A DNA stretch of 63,687 nucleotides, counting the filler, from Dehalococcoidia bacterium (GTDB lineage: Bacteria; Chloroflexota; Dehalococcoidia; DSTF01; JACRBR01): the NCBI GenBank assembly GCA_041494685.1. It is 3 parts of 3 records of this genome, joined end to end, with 100 filler letters (N's around TTAATTAATTAA, not from the genome) between each part and the next. Parts side by side here need not be neighbours in the genome. Positions count along the whole stretch, not along the records: positions 1 to 24,214 come from JBGQBE010000051.1; 2 more parts are not named here. One strand, given 5' to 3'. Below, piece after piece: positions 7,813 through 17,416 of the stretch. Below the pieces are notes generated by a model. That model saw only the letters and a list, made by a program, of their open reading frames with translations, searched no databases and had not been told where the DNA came from. The position numbers and the translations under genes are program-made. Position 1 is the first letter of the stretch, and each line of letters begins with the position of its first letter.

Positions 7813-8447
7813 ACCGCGTAGAGTTTGACCGTGATCGCGACCGGCACATCCTGCTGGCGCGAGAGGTGATCAACAACGAGGCGCGCGCCCTGGTCGAGAC
7901 GGCCGCGGGCATCGGCGGAGACTTCGTCGATGCGGTGGAGTTGATGGCGCGCTGCAAGGGGCAGATCGTGGCGTGCGGGGTCGGCAAGTCGGCGCACGTC
8001 GCAGCGAAGATCGCGAGCACGCTGTCATCCACGGGCACGCCCGCGACGTTCCTGAACGCGAACGAGGCCGTCCACGGCGACCTGGGCAGCCTGCGCAAGG
8101 GCGACATCGTCCTGGTGGTCTCGCACAGCGGCAAGAACCCCGAGATCGTGGCCATCCTGCCGGTCTTCAAACAGCTGGAGCTGTCGGTGATCGCGATCAC
8201 CGACAGCGTGGACTCGACGCTCTCGCTTGTCGCGAACATCGTGTTGCTGCCGGGCAAGCGCTCGCAGGACGATCCCATCGGCCTCGCGCCCACCGCCAGC
8301 AGCGTGGCGGCCATGGCGATCGGCGATTCGCTGGCGCTCGCCATCGCGCAGCACCGCGGCCTCACGGTGAAGGACTTCGAGCACCACCCCGGCGGCGCGC
8401 TCGGCAAGCTCATGGATTCCGTCTACGGCAAGTTCCCCGATGAGTGA
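7809..8447 (+). CDS. SIS-domain sugar-phosphate isomerase (KdsD/GutQ-like, no CBS domains)
   Basis: GVGKSAHVAAKIASTLSSTGTPA, EAVHGDLG, APTAS, HPGGALG; ATGA overlap with kinase. Confidence 0.85.
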   Translation: MNRVEFDRDRDRHILLAREVINNEARALVETAAGIGGDFVDAVELMARCKGQIVACGVGKSAHVAAKIASTLSSTGTPATFLNANEAVHGDLGSLRKGDIVLVVSHSGKNPEIVAILPVFKQLELSVIAITDSVDSTLSLVANIVLLPGKRSQDDPIGLAPTASSVAAMAIGDSLALAIAQHRGLTVKDFEHHPGGALGKLMDSVYGKFPDE

Positions 8448-8479
8448 CCGTGAGGCGAAAGCCGGCGCCGTGCCTGCGT

Positions 8480-9739
8480 CTACGCCTCCAACGGCTCCTG
8501 CGCGGTGACGTGGCGCAGCGTGCGCACGGGCGACAGCGCCACGACCGCCGCCGCGGCGAACGCCGCCACCATGGCGCAGAGCACGACGGCACGCGCATCG
8601 ATCGCGCTGGCGATCGCACCTGCGGCCATCGAGCCGACGAGCATCGCCAGCAGGCCGGCGAAGCGCACGGCCGCGTTGACGCGCCCCAGCACCGCGGGCG
8701 GCGCGACCGCCTGGCGCAGGCTCACCTGGTTGATCTCGTAGATCGTCCAGCCAGGGTCGCTGACGCACTGCTGCGCGATCAGGAGCGCCGCCGCCAGCAA
8801 CGACGCGTCACGCGCGAGCGACATGAGGGCGAAGCCGGTGCCGCCCAGCGCGAGGCCCAGGATCATCGCACCGCCGATGCCGAACCGCCGCGCGCACCAT
8901 CCGGCCGCCAGCGCACCGCCGAGCGAGGTGATGCCGCCAACGCCGAAGATCAACCCCAGCACGCCCGGCGAGAAACCAAGCTGGCGGCTCGTGAAGAGCA
9001 AGAACACTGTCCCCATGAGTCCGGACGCCAGCGATAGCATCACCCAGCTGGCCGCGACCGCGAGCAGCACCGGGCTACGCGCGACCGCCCGCAGGCCATC
9101 CGCGATCTCGGTCCGCACCGACTGGCGCTGTTCGATCGGCGCGGTTGGCGGCTCCGGCGTGCGGATGGCGCGCACGAACGCGGCCGAGCACAGGAAAGAG
9201 AGCGCGTCGATGACGATGGCGCCGGGGCCGGTGATCAGCTGCACGAGCCAGCCGCTGGCGCTGAACGCACCGAATTCGGCAACCGAGGCGCTTGCGGTGA
9301 GCTTGCTGTTGCCTTCGATCAGCTCTTCCGGCTCGACGATGGACGGCAGGTACGACTGGTACGCCACGTCGAAGAACGACGTGAGGATGCCCGCGCTGAA
9401 CGCGACGACGTAGAGCTGTTCCATGCGCAGCATGCCGAAGAGCGCCGCCAGCGGGATCGACCCGACGATGGCAGCGCGGCCGAGGTCGGCAGCGATCATG
9501 ATCGGCCGGCGATGCAGCCGGTCCACCCAGACGCCCGCGATGAGGCCGAAGAGGATGCCCGCGACAGTGTCGGACGAGACGAGGACGGCCACCTGCCACG
9601 CGCTGGCGTGGAGGAAAATGATGGCGGTGAACGGCAGCGCCGTGCGCGTGATCAGCGAGCCGAAGACCGAGATCGTCTGTCCGGCCCAGAGTCTGACGAA
9701 GTCGGGATGACCCCAGAGGCCGTCGAGTCGCACGCGCAT
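8480..9739 (-). CDS. MFS transporter
   Basis: DFVRLWAGQTISVFG, GVWVDRLHRRPIMI; about 12 TM helices. Confidence 0.88.
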   Translation of the reverse strand: MRVRLDGLWGHPDFVRLWAGQTISVFGSLITRTALPFTAIIFLHASAWQVAVLVSSDTVAGILFGLIAGVWVDRLHRRPIMIAADLGRAAIVGSIPLAALFGMLRMEQLYVVAFSAGILTSFFDVAYQSYLPSIVEPEELIEGNSKLTASASVAEFGAFSASGWLVQLITGPGAIVIDALSFLCSAAFVRAIRTPEPPTAPIEQRQSVRTEIADGLRAVARSPVLLAVAASWVMLSLASGLMGTVFLLFTSRQLGFSPGVLGLIFGVGGITSLGGALAAGWCARRFGIGGAMILGLALGGTGFALMSLARDASLLAAALLIAQQCVSDPGWTIYEINQVSLRQAVAPPAVLGRVNAAVRFAGLLAMLVGSMAAGAIASAIDARAVVLCAMVAAFAAAAVVALSPVRTLRHVTAQEPLEA

Positions 9740-9772
9740 GGAGGAGTGTACCGCGCGGACGATCCGCCCCCG

Positions 9773-10543
9773 CTAGAGATCGTTGTCGCGCAGGAACTCC
9801 AGCACCGCGGCGTTGAACTGCTCCGGCTGGAAGAGGTTGACCGCGTGGCCCGCCTTCTCGATCACGACTTTGCGTGCGCCCGGGATCTTCGACGCCATGT
9901 ACTCGCCGCCGGCCTTGTAGCGCTCGTCGTCTGCGCCCAGCACGATCAACGTCGGCACGTCGATCTGCTCCAGGTGCTCCATCACCTTCGCGTCGCGCTG
10001 GGTGAGGATGCCGCGCGCCGCGAACGCGAGCCCCTGCGCCGAGCACTGGTACTGGCGCGTGGCGTCGATCTCGATGCCGCGGCCCAGGCCGTCGAGCCCG
10101 CGCTCTTCGAAGCGCTTTGCGTAGTTGATGGAGAAGTCGTTCCAGCCGGCGCGCGCGTCGTCCTTGCGGTAACCGGGGCCCGTGTTGCAGAGGATCAGCG
10201 CCTTCACCATCTCGGGCTGGGCGAGCTGGAATTCCAGCGTCATGTAGCCACCCAGAGAGAGGCCGCCCACGACGGCCCGGCTGATCCCCAGGTGCCGGAG
10301 CAGCGCCGCCATGTCGGCGACGGTGTGCTTCTCGCTGTAGTCATCCGGCGAGGGCGGGCTGTCGGTGCCCCCGTGGCCGCGCATGTCCCAGGCGATGATC
10401 CGGTAGTCGCGCAGGCCTTCGAATTGCGGCCCCCACATCTGCAGCGTCGCCGCGAAGGCGTGGGTGAGCAGGATCGGAGTACCGTAGTGCGAGCCGTGCT
10501 CCTCGTAGTTGATGTGGATCCCGTTCAGCTCGACAAGCGGCAT
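9773..10543 (-). CDS. Alpha/beta hydrolase
   Basis: WDMRGHG, GLSLGG, AGHAVN. Confidence 0.85.
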   Translation of the reverse strand: MPLVELNGIHINYEEHGSHYGTPILLTHAFAATLQMWGPQFEGLRDYRIIAWDMRGHGGTDSPPSPDDYSEKHTVADMAALLRHLGISRAVVGGLSLGGYMTLEFQLAQPEMVKALILCNTGPGYRKDDARAGWNDFSINYAKRFEERGLDGLGRGIEIDATRQYQCSAQGLAFAARGILTQRDAKVMEHLEQIDVPTLIVLGADDERYKAGGEYMASKIPGARKVVIEKAGHAVNLFQPEQFNAAVLEFLRDNDL

Positions 10544-10695
10544 GCTGCTCTCCCGTCCCGGATTCGTCGTGACGCGGCATCTTCGCGCACCCGCGCCGCG
10601 CGGGCAACGGGGGACTGGAGACTGAGCCCAATCCCGAATCCCCAATCTCCAGCTCCGTCTCGCCTCCCCGGCCCCTGCCCCGCTACCATGGCGCC

Positions 10696-11844
10696 GTGGC
10701 TGACGATTTCGCATCGATCACCGAGAGCGGGCCGCTCGTGGCGGAACTGCGCGCGCGCATCGAGCGCGAGGGCGCGATCACCTTCCGCGAGTTCATGGCC
10801 GCGGCGCTGTACCACCCGCGCCACGGCTACTACAGCACTAATACCGGCACGATGAGCCGCGGCGGTGATTATGTCACGTCACCGGAGGTCCACCCGGTCT
10901 TCGGCGCGCTCGTCGCGAAGCAACTCTGCGAGCTGTGGCGCGGCATGGGCGCCCCTGCCCGCTTCGACATCGCCGAGCAGGGCGCGGGCACGGGGCTACT
11001 GGCGCGGGACGTGCTGGCGTGGGCGCACGAGCACGAACCCGCGTTCGCCGCCGCGATCCGGTACAGCATCGTCGAGATCAGCGCGGCGTTGCGGCGCGCC
11101 CAGGAGACGACGCTGGCCGCGGCCGCGTTGCCCGCCGGCGGGGTCGCGTGGCACGACGCCCTGCCGCCCGCTATCGAGGGCTGCGTGCTGTCGAACGAAC
11201 TGATCGACGCGTTCCCTGTACATCGCGTCGTGCGGCGCGGCGGCGATCTCCTCGAAGTCTTTGTCGCACACGACGGCACACGCTTCGTCGATGAGTTGCG
11301 GCCGATCTCCGACCCGGCGCTGCGCCGCTACTTCGACGAGCTGGGCGTGCTGCCGGGCGATGGCTGCTACGCGGAGGTGAATCTCGACGCGCCGCGCTGG
11401 ATCGTGCAGGTCGCCGCGGCGCTGCGACGGGGGTACGTGTTGACGTTCGACTACGGCTACGAGGCGCCGGACCTCTACGCTCCGTGGCGGCGCGACGGCA
11501 CGCTGCTCTGCTTCTACCGGCAGTCGGCGAGCAGCGACCCGTACCAGCGGATCGGCAAGCAGGACATGACGAGCAGCGTCGACTTCACGACGCTGAAGCG
11601 CGCCGGCGAGGCGGCGGGACTGTGCACCGTCGCGATGACGGACCAAGCGTCGTTCCTGGTGCGGCTCGGCATCGGCGAGGGTGTGGCGGCGGTTGCGGGC
11701 GAGCGGGCGCAGATGGAGGAGTACTTCGCGCGCCGCCGCGTGGTGATGGACCTGATCGACCCGGCGCGGCTGGGCCGGGTCAAAGTGCTGCTGCAGGCGA
11801 AGGACGCGCCGGACGCGGTGCCGTGGGGCTTCCGGGACGGCTGA
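10696..11844 (+). CDS. SAM-dependent methyltransferase, MidA/NDUFAF7 family
   Basis: ITFREFM..ALY..GYY, GDYVTSPE, EQGAGTG, SNELIDAFP, FDYG, QDMTSSVDF. Confidence 0.88.
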   Translation: MADDFASITESGPLVAELRARIEREGAITFREFMAAALYHPRHGYYSTNTGTMSRGGDYVTSPEVHPVFGALVAKQLCELWRGMGAPARFDIAEQGAGTGLLARDVLAWAHEHEPAFAAAIRYSIVEISAALRRAQETTLAAAALPAGGVAWHDALPPAIEGCVLSNELIDAFPVHRVVRRGGDLLEVFVAHDGTRFVDELRPISDPALRRYFDELGVLPGDGCYAEVNLDAPRWIVQVAAALRRGYVLTFDYGYEAPDLYAPWRRDGTLLCFYRQSASSDPYQRIGKQDMTSSVDFTTLKRAGEAAGLCTVAMTDQASFLVRLGIGEGVAAVAGERAQMEEYFARRRVVMDLIDPARLGRVKVLLQAKDAPDAVPWGFRDG

Positions 11845-12044
11845 CGTGGCCGGCGCAGAGTCGGCAGATTCAGCGCAGACGCCTTCGGCGGCGATGTGTC
11901 GCCCCTGACAGATCGTGCCGGGCGGCCGTTCCAGACTCAGATGAGCGCGCCCGGTGTGGGGATCTTCTCATTTCCAGCCCGCGGTAGCTATTCGGAAACA
12001 AATCCTTGCGGGCGACGATGTCATCATGGAGCCGGAGGACGCTC

Positions 12045-12287
12045 ATGAGACTCAAGAAGAACCTCAGCGCCAAGATCGTGGCCGTAGTCGCCAGCCTTGT
12101 CGCGCTGATCGGTACCTGGGGCCTGGTGCACCAGAACTCGCCCGCATCCGCAAACGACAACTCCGCCGCGCCGACGGTGCAGCCGACGGCGCTCGCCGGG
12201 CAGCGAGTCGCGCCGGGACGTCCCGCACCCGCTAAGGCCCCCCAGGTGGTTGTGAAGAAGAAGCACACGAGGACGCACGTTTCGTGA
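12045..12287 (+). CDS. Small membrane-anchored Pro/Ala-rich protein (80 aa)
   Basis: SD GGAGG, N-terminal TM helix, ends HTRTHVS; stop overlaps apbE start. Confidence 0.7.
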   Translation: MRLKKNLSAKIVAVVASLVALIGTWGLVHQNSPASANDNSAAPTVQPTALAGQRVAPGRPAPAKAPQVVVKKKHTRTHVS

Positions 12288-13204
12288 TGATCACACGCAC
12301 GTTCCCGGCGATGGGCGGCACGGTCGAACTCCAACTGGTGCACGGCAACGACGCCGATGTCGACCGCATCGGCGAGCTGTTCGCCGCGCACGAGCGTACA
12401 ATGAGCCGCTTCCTGCCGGACAGCGAGCTGTGCGCGCTCAACGCGTCGCCGGCGACGCCGTTCGCCGCGTCACCGCTGCTGTTCGACGCGGTGAGCGAAG
12501 CGGCGGGCTGGGCGGCCATCACGGATGGGATCTTCGACCCGACGGTCATCGACGCGCTCGAAGCGAGCGGCTACGACCGCCCATTTGATGAGATCGCCGG
12601 GGGCGGCGGCACCGCCGTCGCGACGCGGCCCGTACCAGCAACGCGCACGCAGCGCTGGCGCGGCATCCGCTTCGACTACGAACACGAGACGATCACGCTG
12701 CCGACCGACGTGCGCATCGACCTCGGCGGCATCGGCAAGGGCTACACCGTTGACCGCGCCATCGCCGCGCTCGGTCCGGGCGTGAACGCCATGGTGAACG
12801 CATCAGGAGACCTCTACGCCGCGGGCGACGGCCCGGACGGAGACGGCTGGTACGTCGGCGTCGCCGACCCGTTCTCCGCCGCCGAGGATATCGCCCTCCT
12901 GAACGTCAACGACCGCGGCGTGGCCACGTCCGGTTCGGTGCGCCGCAACTGGCTCGCGGGCGACGCGCGCTACCACCACCTGATCGACACGCGCGAAGGA
13001 ACCTCATCGCGGAGCGGCCTGGCGACGGTGACGGTCGTCGCGCTGACGGCGACACGGGCCGACGTGCTGGCGAAGACGGCGTTCTTGCTGGGCGCTGAGC
13101 ATGGCCTGCGCATGATCGAGCGCTTCCCCGGCGCCGAGTGCCTGGCGGTGACACAGCAGGGCGACGTGCTGACGAGCGCGGGTATGGCGGAGTACTTCGC
13201 GTGA
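12284..13204 (+). CDS. apbE: FAD:protein FMN transferase
   Basis: AMGG, SRF..DSEL..LN, FDPTV, IDLGGIGKGY, ATSG, HHLID. Confidence 0.9.
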   Translation: MMITRTFPAMGGTVELQLVHGNDADVDRIGELFAAHERTMSRFLPDSELCALNASPATPFAASPLLFDAVSEAAGWAAITDGIFDPTVIDALEASGYDRPFDEIAGGGGTAVATRPVPATRTQRWRGIRFDYEHETITLPTDVRIDLGGIGKGYTVDRAIAALGPGVNAMVNASGDLYAAGDGPDGDGWYVGVADPFSAAEDIALLNVNDRGVATSGSVRRNWLAGDARYHHLIDTREGTSSRSGLATVTVVALTATRADVLAKTAFLLGAEHGLRMIERFPGAECLAVTQQGDVLTSAGMAEYFA

Positions 13205-14376
13205 ACCACGAGTTCTGGTACCTCTCCCGCGCCGCCGGCTTCACGGCCTACCTGCTGCTCTTCGTGTCGGTGGCGCTCGGCATCTCGATGGGCACGCGGC
13301 TGACGGACCGCGTCGCGCGGCGTAACACGGTCTTCGACCTGCACCGCTTCACGACGATCTTGGCGCTGCTCTTCACGCTCTTCCACGTGTACATCCTGCT
13401 GGGCGACAGCTACTTCAACTTCAACGTGTGGCAGCTCTCGATACCGTTCCTGACGCCCTACCGGACCTGGCAGACGGCGGTAGGCGTCACGAGCATCTAC
13501 ATGCTTCTGCTGCTCGTCATCAGCTTCTACGTGCGGCAGTTCATCGGCTACCGCGCGTGGCGGACGCTGCACTACCTGACGTTCGCACTGTTCGCGGGGG
13601 CGACGCTGCACGGCCTCTCGGCTGGTACCGACACGTCGCAGGCGTGGGCGAAGCTCATCTACATCGTCTCCGGCGCGGGGACGGTCGCGCTGATCATGTA
13701 CCGGGTCCAGTACCACATGCCGGAGAACAGCACCGTGCGGACGCTGCGGCTCGCGTCGGCGATCGGCACAGTCGTCGTCGCGATGGCCATCGCCTTTAGT
13801 ACGGGGCTGTTCACGGCAGGCACAGCGCCGTCGCCCGTCGTCGCGGACGCGGCGTCGGTGCGACAGGGCCAGCCGCAGCTGGTGCAGGCGCCCGCCGGTG
13901 CGCCCGTGCCCACAGGCCCGACGGCCACGCCCGACCCGTATCCCTTCCTCGCCAGCTTTGACAACGACTTCAGCGGCGCGTACCAGCAGACATCCGACGC
14001 GACCGGCACGCACCTCACACTCGACGGTGTTACGTCCGGCGATCTCACGACGAAGCTCCATGTCGAATTGCAGCAGACGCGCGTCGTGCCGACACCCGAC
14101 AACGAGGACATCGAGAAGGTCGCCGACGATGAGGACGCCGAGGCGCGCCCGACGGTCACGGTCACGGTCAACAAGGCCCAGTTGATCGATCCCGTGTCGA
14201 GCCAGGTGGTCTGTGAGGGCAAGCTGACGGCGCTGGACGACGGCTATCTGAAGGCCACGTGCGACGGCGTCGGCCCGTACGCGGGTGTCCGCATCAGCGT
14301 CTCGTCACAGGTGCAGGCGTCGAGAGACGGCTCCTTCAGCGGCGCGCTGAGCGGCTCGATGCGGCGCGTGAGTTAG
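13201..14376 (+). CDS. Ferric reductase-like (MsrQ-like) transmembrane protein with C-terminal extracytoplasmic domain
   Basis: WYLSRAAG, LHRF, FHV, WRTLHYL, LHG..AGTD heme-ligand histidines. Confidence 0.82.
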   Translation: MNHEFWYLSRAAGFTAYLLLFVSVALGISMGTRLTDRVARRNTVFDLHRFTTILALLFTLFHVYILLGDSYFNFNVWQLSIPFLTPYRTWQTAVGVTSIYMLLLLVISFYVRQFIGYRAWRTLHYLTFALFAGATLHGLSAGTDTSQAWAKLIYIVSGAGTVALIMYRVQYHMPENSTVRTLRLASAIGTVVVAMAIAFSTGLFTAGTAPSPVVADAASVRQGQPQLVQAPAGAPVPTGPTATPDPYPFLASFDNDFSGAYQQTSDATGTHLTLDGVTSGDLTTKLHVELQQTRVVPTPDNEDIEKVADDEDAEARPTVTVTVNKAQLIDPVSSQVVCEGKLTALDDGYLKATCDGVGPYAGVRISVSSQVQASRDGSFSGALSGSMRRVS

Positions 14377-14520
14377 CCGCTTTTCACGCCGCTGCTCCCG
14401 GCGGTACAATCCTGTCGACCTCACCACCCATCGCCCGGAACGGAAGGATACGGCCGTGCTCCACTGTATGCCCTTCGCCGCACCATCGCCGTCCCCCGGT
14501 CGCGCCGCGCAGGCGGTGTC

Positions 14521-15024
14521 GTGATGGCGCAGGATGGCGTGACGATCCGCCCTATCGATTTCGCCCGCGACGAGGTCGCCCTCAAGTCTTTTCTGGGAGA
14601 GCGCGACCGCAAGCGCCTGGACCACTGCGAGGCCGCGTGCAAGGCCGGCGACTGCTTCGCTGTGGTCGCCGATGAGGGCGGCATGGCCGTCGGCTGGGCC
14701 GTCGTGCACCTGACCTTCCGCGACGACCAGGACTGGGATCCGCCGGATGACGACACCCGCGCCTTCCAGAGCGGCGACAACGCGTACCTCGAGAACATCG
14801 AGGTGACGGCGCGCGCGCGCAGCAGCGGCATCGGCCGCAAGCTGCTGGAGGCCGTACAGGACGAGTCGCGCAAGCGCGGTAAGCGGCACCTGTGGCTGCA
14901 CACGTCCGAGAACAACACGAAAGCGCACGACCTGTTCGACCGCGAGGGCTGGACGCACGAGCGCAGCGTCAACCCGCCCTGGAAGCCCGCGTCCCGCACG
15001 CGCATCTACCGCAAGGAGCTGTAA
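14521..15024 (+). CDS. GNAT acetyltransferase
   Basis: IEV..RARSSGIGRKLL, N.KA..LF...GW. Confidence 0.8.
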   Translation: MMAQDGVTIRPIDFARDEVALKSFLGERDRKRLDHCEAACKAGDCFAVVADEGGMAVGWAVVHLTFRDDQDWDPPDDDTRAFQSGDNAYLENIEVTARARSSGIGRKLLEAVQDESRKRGKRHLWLHTSENNTKAHDLFDREGWTHERSVNPPWKPASRTRIYRKEL

Positions 15025-15026
15025 CC

Positions 15027-15233
15027 ATGCGCACCACGTTCGTCCGTACGCTGGCGGTGATCGCCATCATGCAGTTCTTCGTCACACGCACCATGGCCGG
15101 TCGGGTCATCGAAGAAGGGCGCGCGGAGCGCATGTGGATGCTCTACCCGGTGAACGTGCTGATGAACGCCCTTGCGTGGACGCTGCTGATCTCGGCGGGT
15201 GGCCGCGTGCTGCGCATCTTCCGCCGCGCATGA
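15027..15233 (+). CDS. Small membrane protein (68 aa)
   Basis: SD AAGGAG, two hydrophobic segments, coupled to both neighbours. Confidence 0.6.
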   Translation: MRTTFVRTLAVIAIMQFFVTRTMAGRVIEEGRAERMWMLYPVNVLMNALAWTLLISAGGRVLRIFRRA

Positions 15234-16108
15234 TGGCGGGCGCGATCCGGCACGTCGACGCGTTCACGACGCGGCCGCTCGAAGGCAACCCCGCCGCCGT
15301 CGTCGATGGCGCGGGCCTCGACGCGGAGACCATGCAGCGCATCGCGCTGAACCAGCGACTCTCCGAGACCGTCTTCCTGCTTCCGCCCCAGTCGCCCGCG
15401 AACCACGCGCGGCTGCGCATCTTCACGCCCGGCACGGAGCTGCCGTTCGCCGGCCATCCGACGGTCGCCGCGTCACACATCCTGGTGAGCGAGGGGCGCG
15501 TGACACCGATCGCGGGCGCGCCGCTGCTGCTGGAGACCGCCGCTGGCGTCATCCCCATTGAGGTGACCGGCGACGATACGCCGCTCTACACCATGACGCA
15601 GGTGGCGCCGGCGTTCCGGGACAGCGCGGTCAGCGCGGCGACGATCGCAGCCGGCCTCGGACTGGCCGCGGGTGATATCGCCAGGGCGGAGTGGGTGAGC
15701 ACGGGCGTCGAGTGGCTGATCGCTCAGGTCGCGTCGCTGGAGGCGATGTTGCGCGTGACGCCCGACATGATGGCGCTGATGCGCATCCCGCACGGCATCT
15801 CGATCTTCTGCATCGGCGCGCAGCACGCAGACGCCGATATCCACGTCCGCGCCTTCGCGCCGGCCGCCGGGATCTTCGAGGATCCCGTCACCGGCAGCAG
15901 CAACGGCTGCATCGGCGCCTTCATCGCGAAGCACAAGCTGATGCAGCCGGCGGGCGGCGAAATCCGCTACGTCGCGGAGCAGGGGATCGAGATGGGGCAG
16001 CCCGGCCGGGTGTACGTGCGCGTCGCCGGCGTGCCGGACGCGCCGCGCGTCCACATCGGCGGCCACGCCGTCACGGTGCTGCGAGGCGAGCTGCTGCTCC
16101 CCGCGTGA
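15230..16108 (+). CDS. PhzF family isomerase
   Basis: VDAFT..PLEGNPAAVV, SETVF, RIFTP..ELPFAGHPT, EDPVTGS, EQG. Confidence 0.9.
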   Translation: MMAGAIRHVDAFTTRPLEGNPAAVVDGAGLDAETMQRIALNQRLSETVFLLPPQSPANHARLRIFTPGTELPFAGHPTVAASHILVSEGRVTPIAGAPLLLETAAGVIPIEVTGDDTPLYTMTQVAPAFRDSAVSAATIAAGLGLAAGDIARAEWVSTGVEWLIAQVASLEAMLRVTPDMMALMRIPHGISIFCIGAQHADADIHVRAFAPAAGIFEDPVTGSSNGCIGAFIAKHKLMQPAGGEIRYVAEQGIEMGQPGRVYVRVAGVPDAPRVHIGGHAVTVLRGELLLPA

Positions 16109-16704
16109 CCGTCACCGCCGCGATCCTGCTGGCGGGCGCGCGCATGCCGGCGTTCGAGGACGCGGTCGCGCTGCTGCCGTTCGGCGACGGCACCCTCGTC
16201 GAGTACCAGGTAGCGCAACTCCGCGCCGCGGGCGTCGATGTGATCGAGGTGGTGCTGGGCCACGAGGCGGAGCGGATCGTCCCGCTCGTCGCCGCGGACA
16301 ACGTCGAGCCGATCGTGGACCCGCGGTGGGGCGAGAGCGCGGCGTCCGCGCTTCGCGTAGGCGCCACGGCCGTGCCGCGCGAGAGCGTGCGCGCACTGAT
16401 CGTGAGCGTCGTGGCGCCGCGTACGGCGGCGGAGTACCGCTGCCTGCTCGATGCGCACGGCGCGGGTGACGCGCCGATCGTCCGCGTCGCGGGCGATGAT
16501 GCGCCCGGTGCGCCGGTCGTCGTCAACCGCGAGCTGCTCGCGGAGATCCGCAACCTGCGCGACGACGCGCCGGGCCTGTTCCCCGTCCTGGAACGTCACG
16601 CCGCCGCCACGCGCGACATCGCGTGCGCGGACGCGGCGGCGATCGGCATCACATCGCGCGAGGAGTACGCGTGGGCGCTTCGGGCGTTCGGGTTCGCGGA
16701 GTAG
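16105..16704 (+). CDS. MocA/MobA-like NTP transferase (degenerate)
   Basis: AAILLAG.RM, LLPFG..TLVE, VVLGH; GTGA overlap with previous gene. Confidence 0.65.
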   Translation: MTVTAAILLAGARMPAFEDAVALLPFGDGTLVEYQVAQLRAAGVDVIEVVLGHEAERIVPLVAADNVEPIVDPRWGESAASALRVGATAVPRESVRALIVSVVAPRTAAEYRCLLDAHGAGDAPIVRVAGDDAPGAPVVVNRELLAEIRNLRDDAPGLFPVLERHAAATRDIACADAAAIGITSREEYAWALRAFGFAE

Positions 16705-17407
16705 CGGGGCGCCACCATATTCCGATGTGTACGTCGTGCCCCACTCCGGAATCGTCCATGCGATGAAGCCCGAGCTGGATGATCCGGTCGTCTCGAGGAT
16801 GGTACGGACGCGCCGGGTTGTCTTGCCCTAAGACACATTCCAAAGAATCGATCGCGGGTTTCCATAGCGTCGACCAATTTCGCTTAGGGCTCACGCGGAA
16901 GCAGATTTCCAGCTCGACGCCGCCTTCACAAACGACCTCTTGTGTCTGCGCAGCGATCTGCTGCGAAACCTGATCCTTCCAGGCCGCCGTCTGAGACGAG
17001 GCGTTGGTCACCGCTGAGGCGAACCGCCAGCGATCATCTGAGCTAACCGGCGCTGGGACGGCTCGCTCAATTTCAATGACCGATTCGGCAACGCCTTTCG
17101 CCGCCCATACGGAGACGAAACGCGACGCGCCAAGCCGGCGCACGATAGGGAATAGGTAGTTATCGAGATCGCGTCCACGTGAGAGGACATCAACGCTGGC
17201 GTCAAAACCGACGAACAGACGCAACGCCAGCGGCGCATCGCTGAGCGCGAGCATTCTTGGGCGCGTTAGCGTTTCTACGTGATCCAGATAACGACCTAAC
17301 GCGATCTGCGAGGGCGACGTCTTCGAGTCCCAGCTTTCGAGCCGCGGCGGAATCCCCAACGGGACGCCGACCTGGTCGGGCTGGCGGTATCTCACGAACG
17401 TGACCAT
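16649..17407 (-). CDS. Hypothetical protein with RusA-like motifs, lower GC than flanks
   Basis: RDLDNYL and LWKPAIDSL...DDRI motifs; TAGACT 6 nt before ATG. Confidence 0.6.
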   Translation of the reverse strand: MVTFVRYRQPDQVGVPLGIPPRLESWDSKTSPSQIALGRYLDHVETLTRPRMLALSDAPLALRLFVGFDASVDVLSRGRDLDNYLFPIVRRLGASRFVSVWAAKGVAESVIEIERAVPAPVSSDDRWRFASAVTNASSQTAAWKDQVSQQIAAQTQEVVCEGGVELEICFRVSPKRNWSTLWKPAIDSLECVLGQDNPARPYHPRDDRIIQLGLHRMDDSGVGHDVHIGIWWRPATPRTRTPEAPTRTPRAM

Positions 17408-17416
17408 GGCGTCAGT

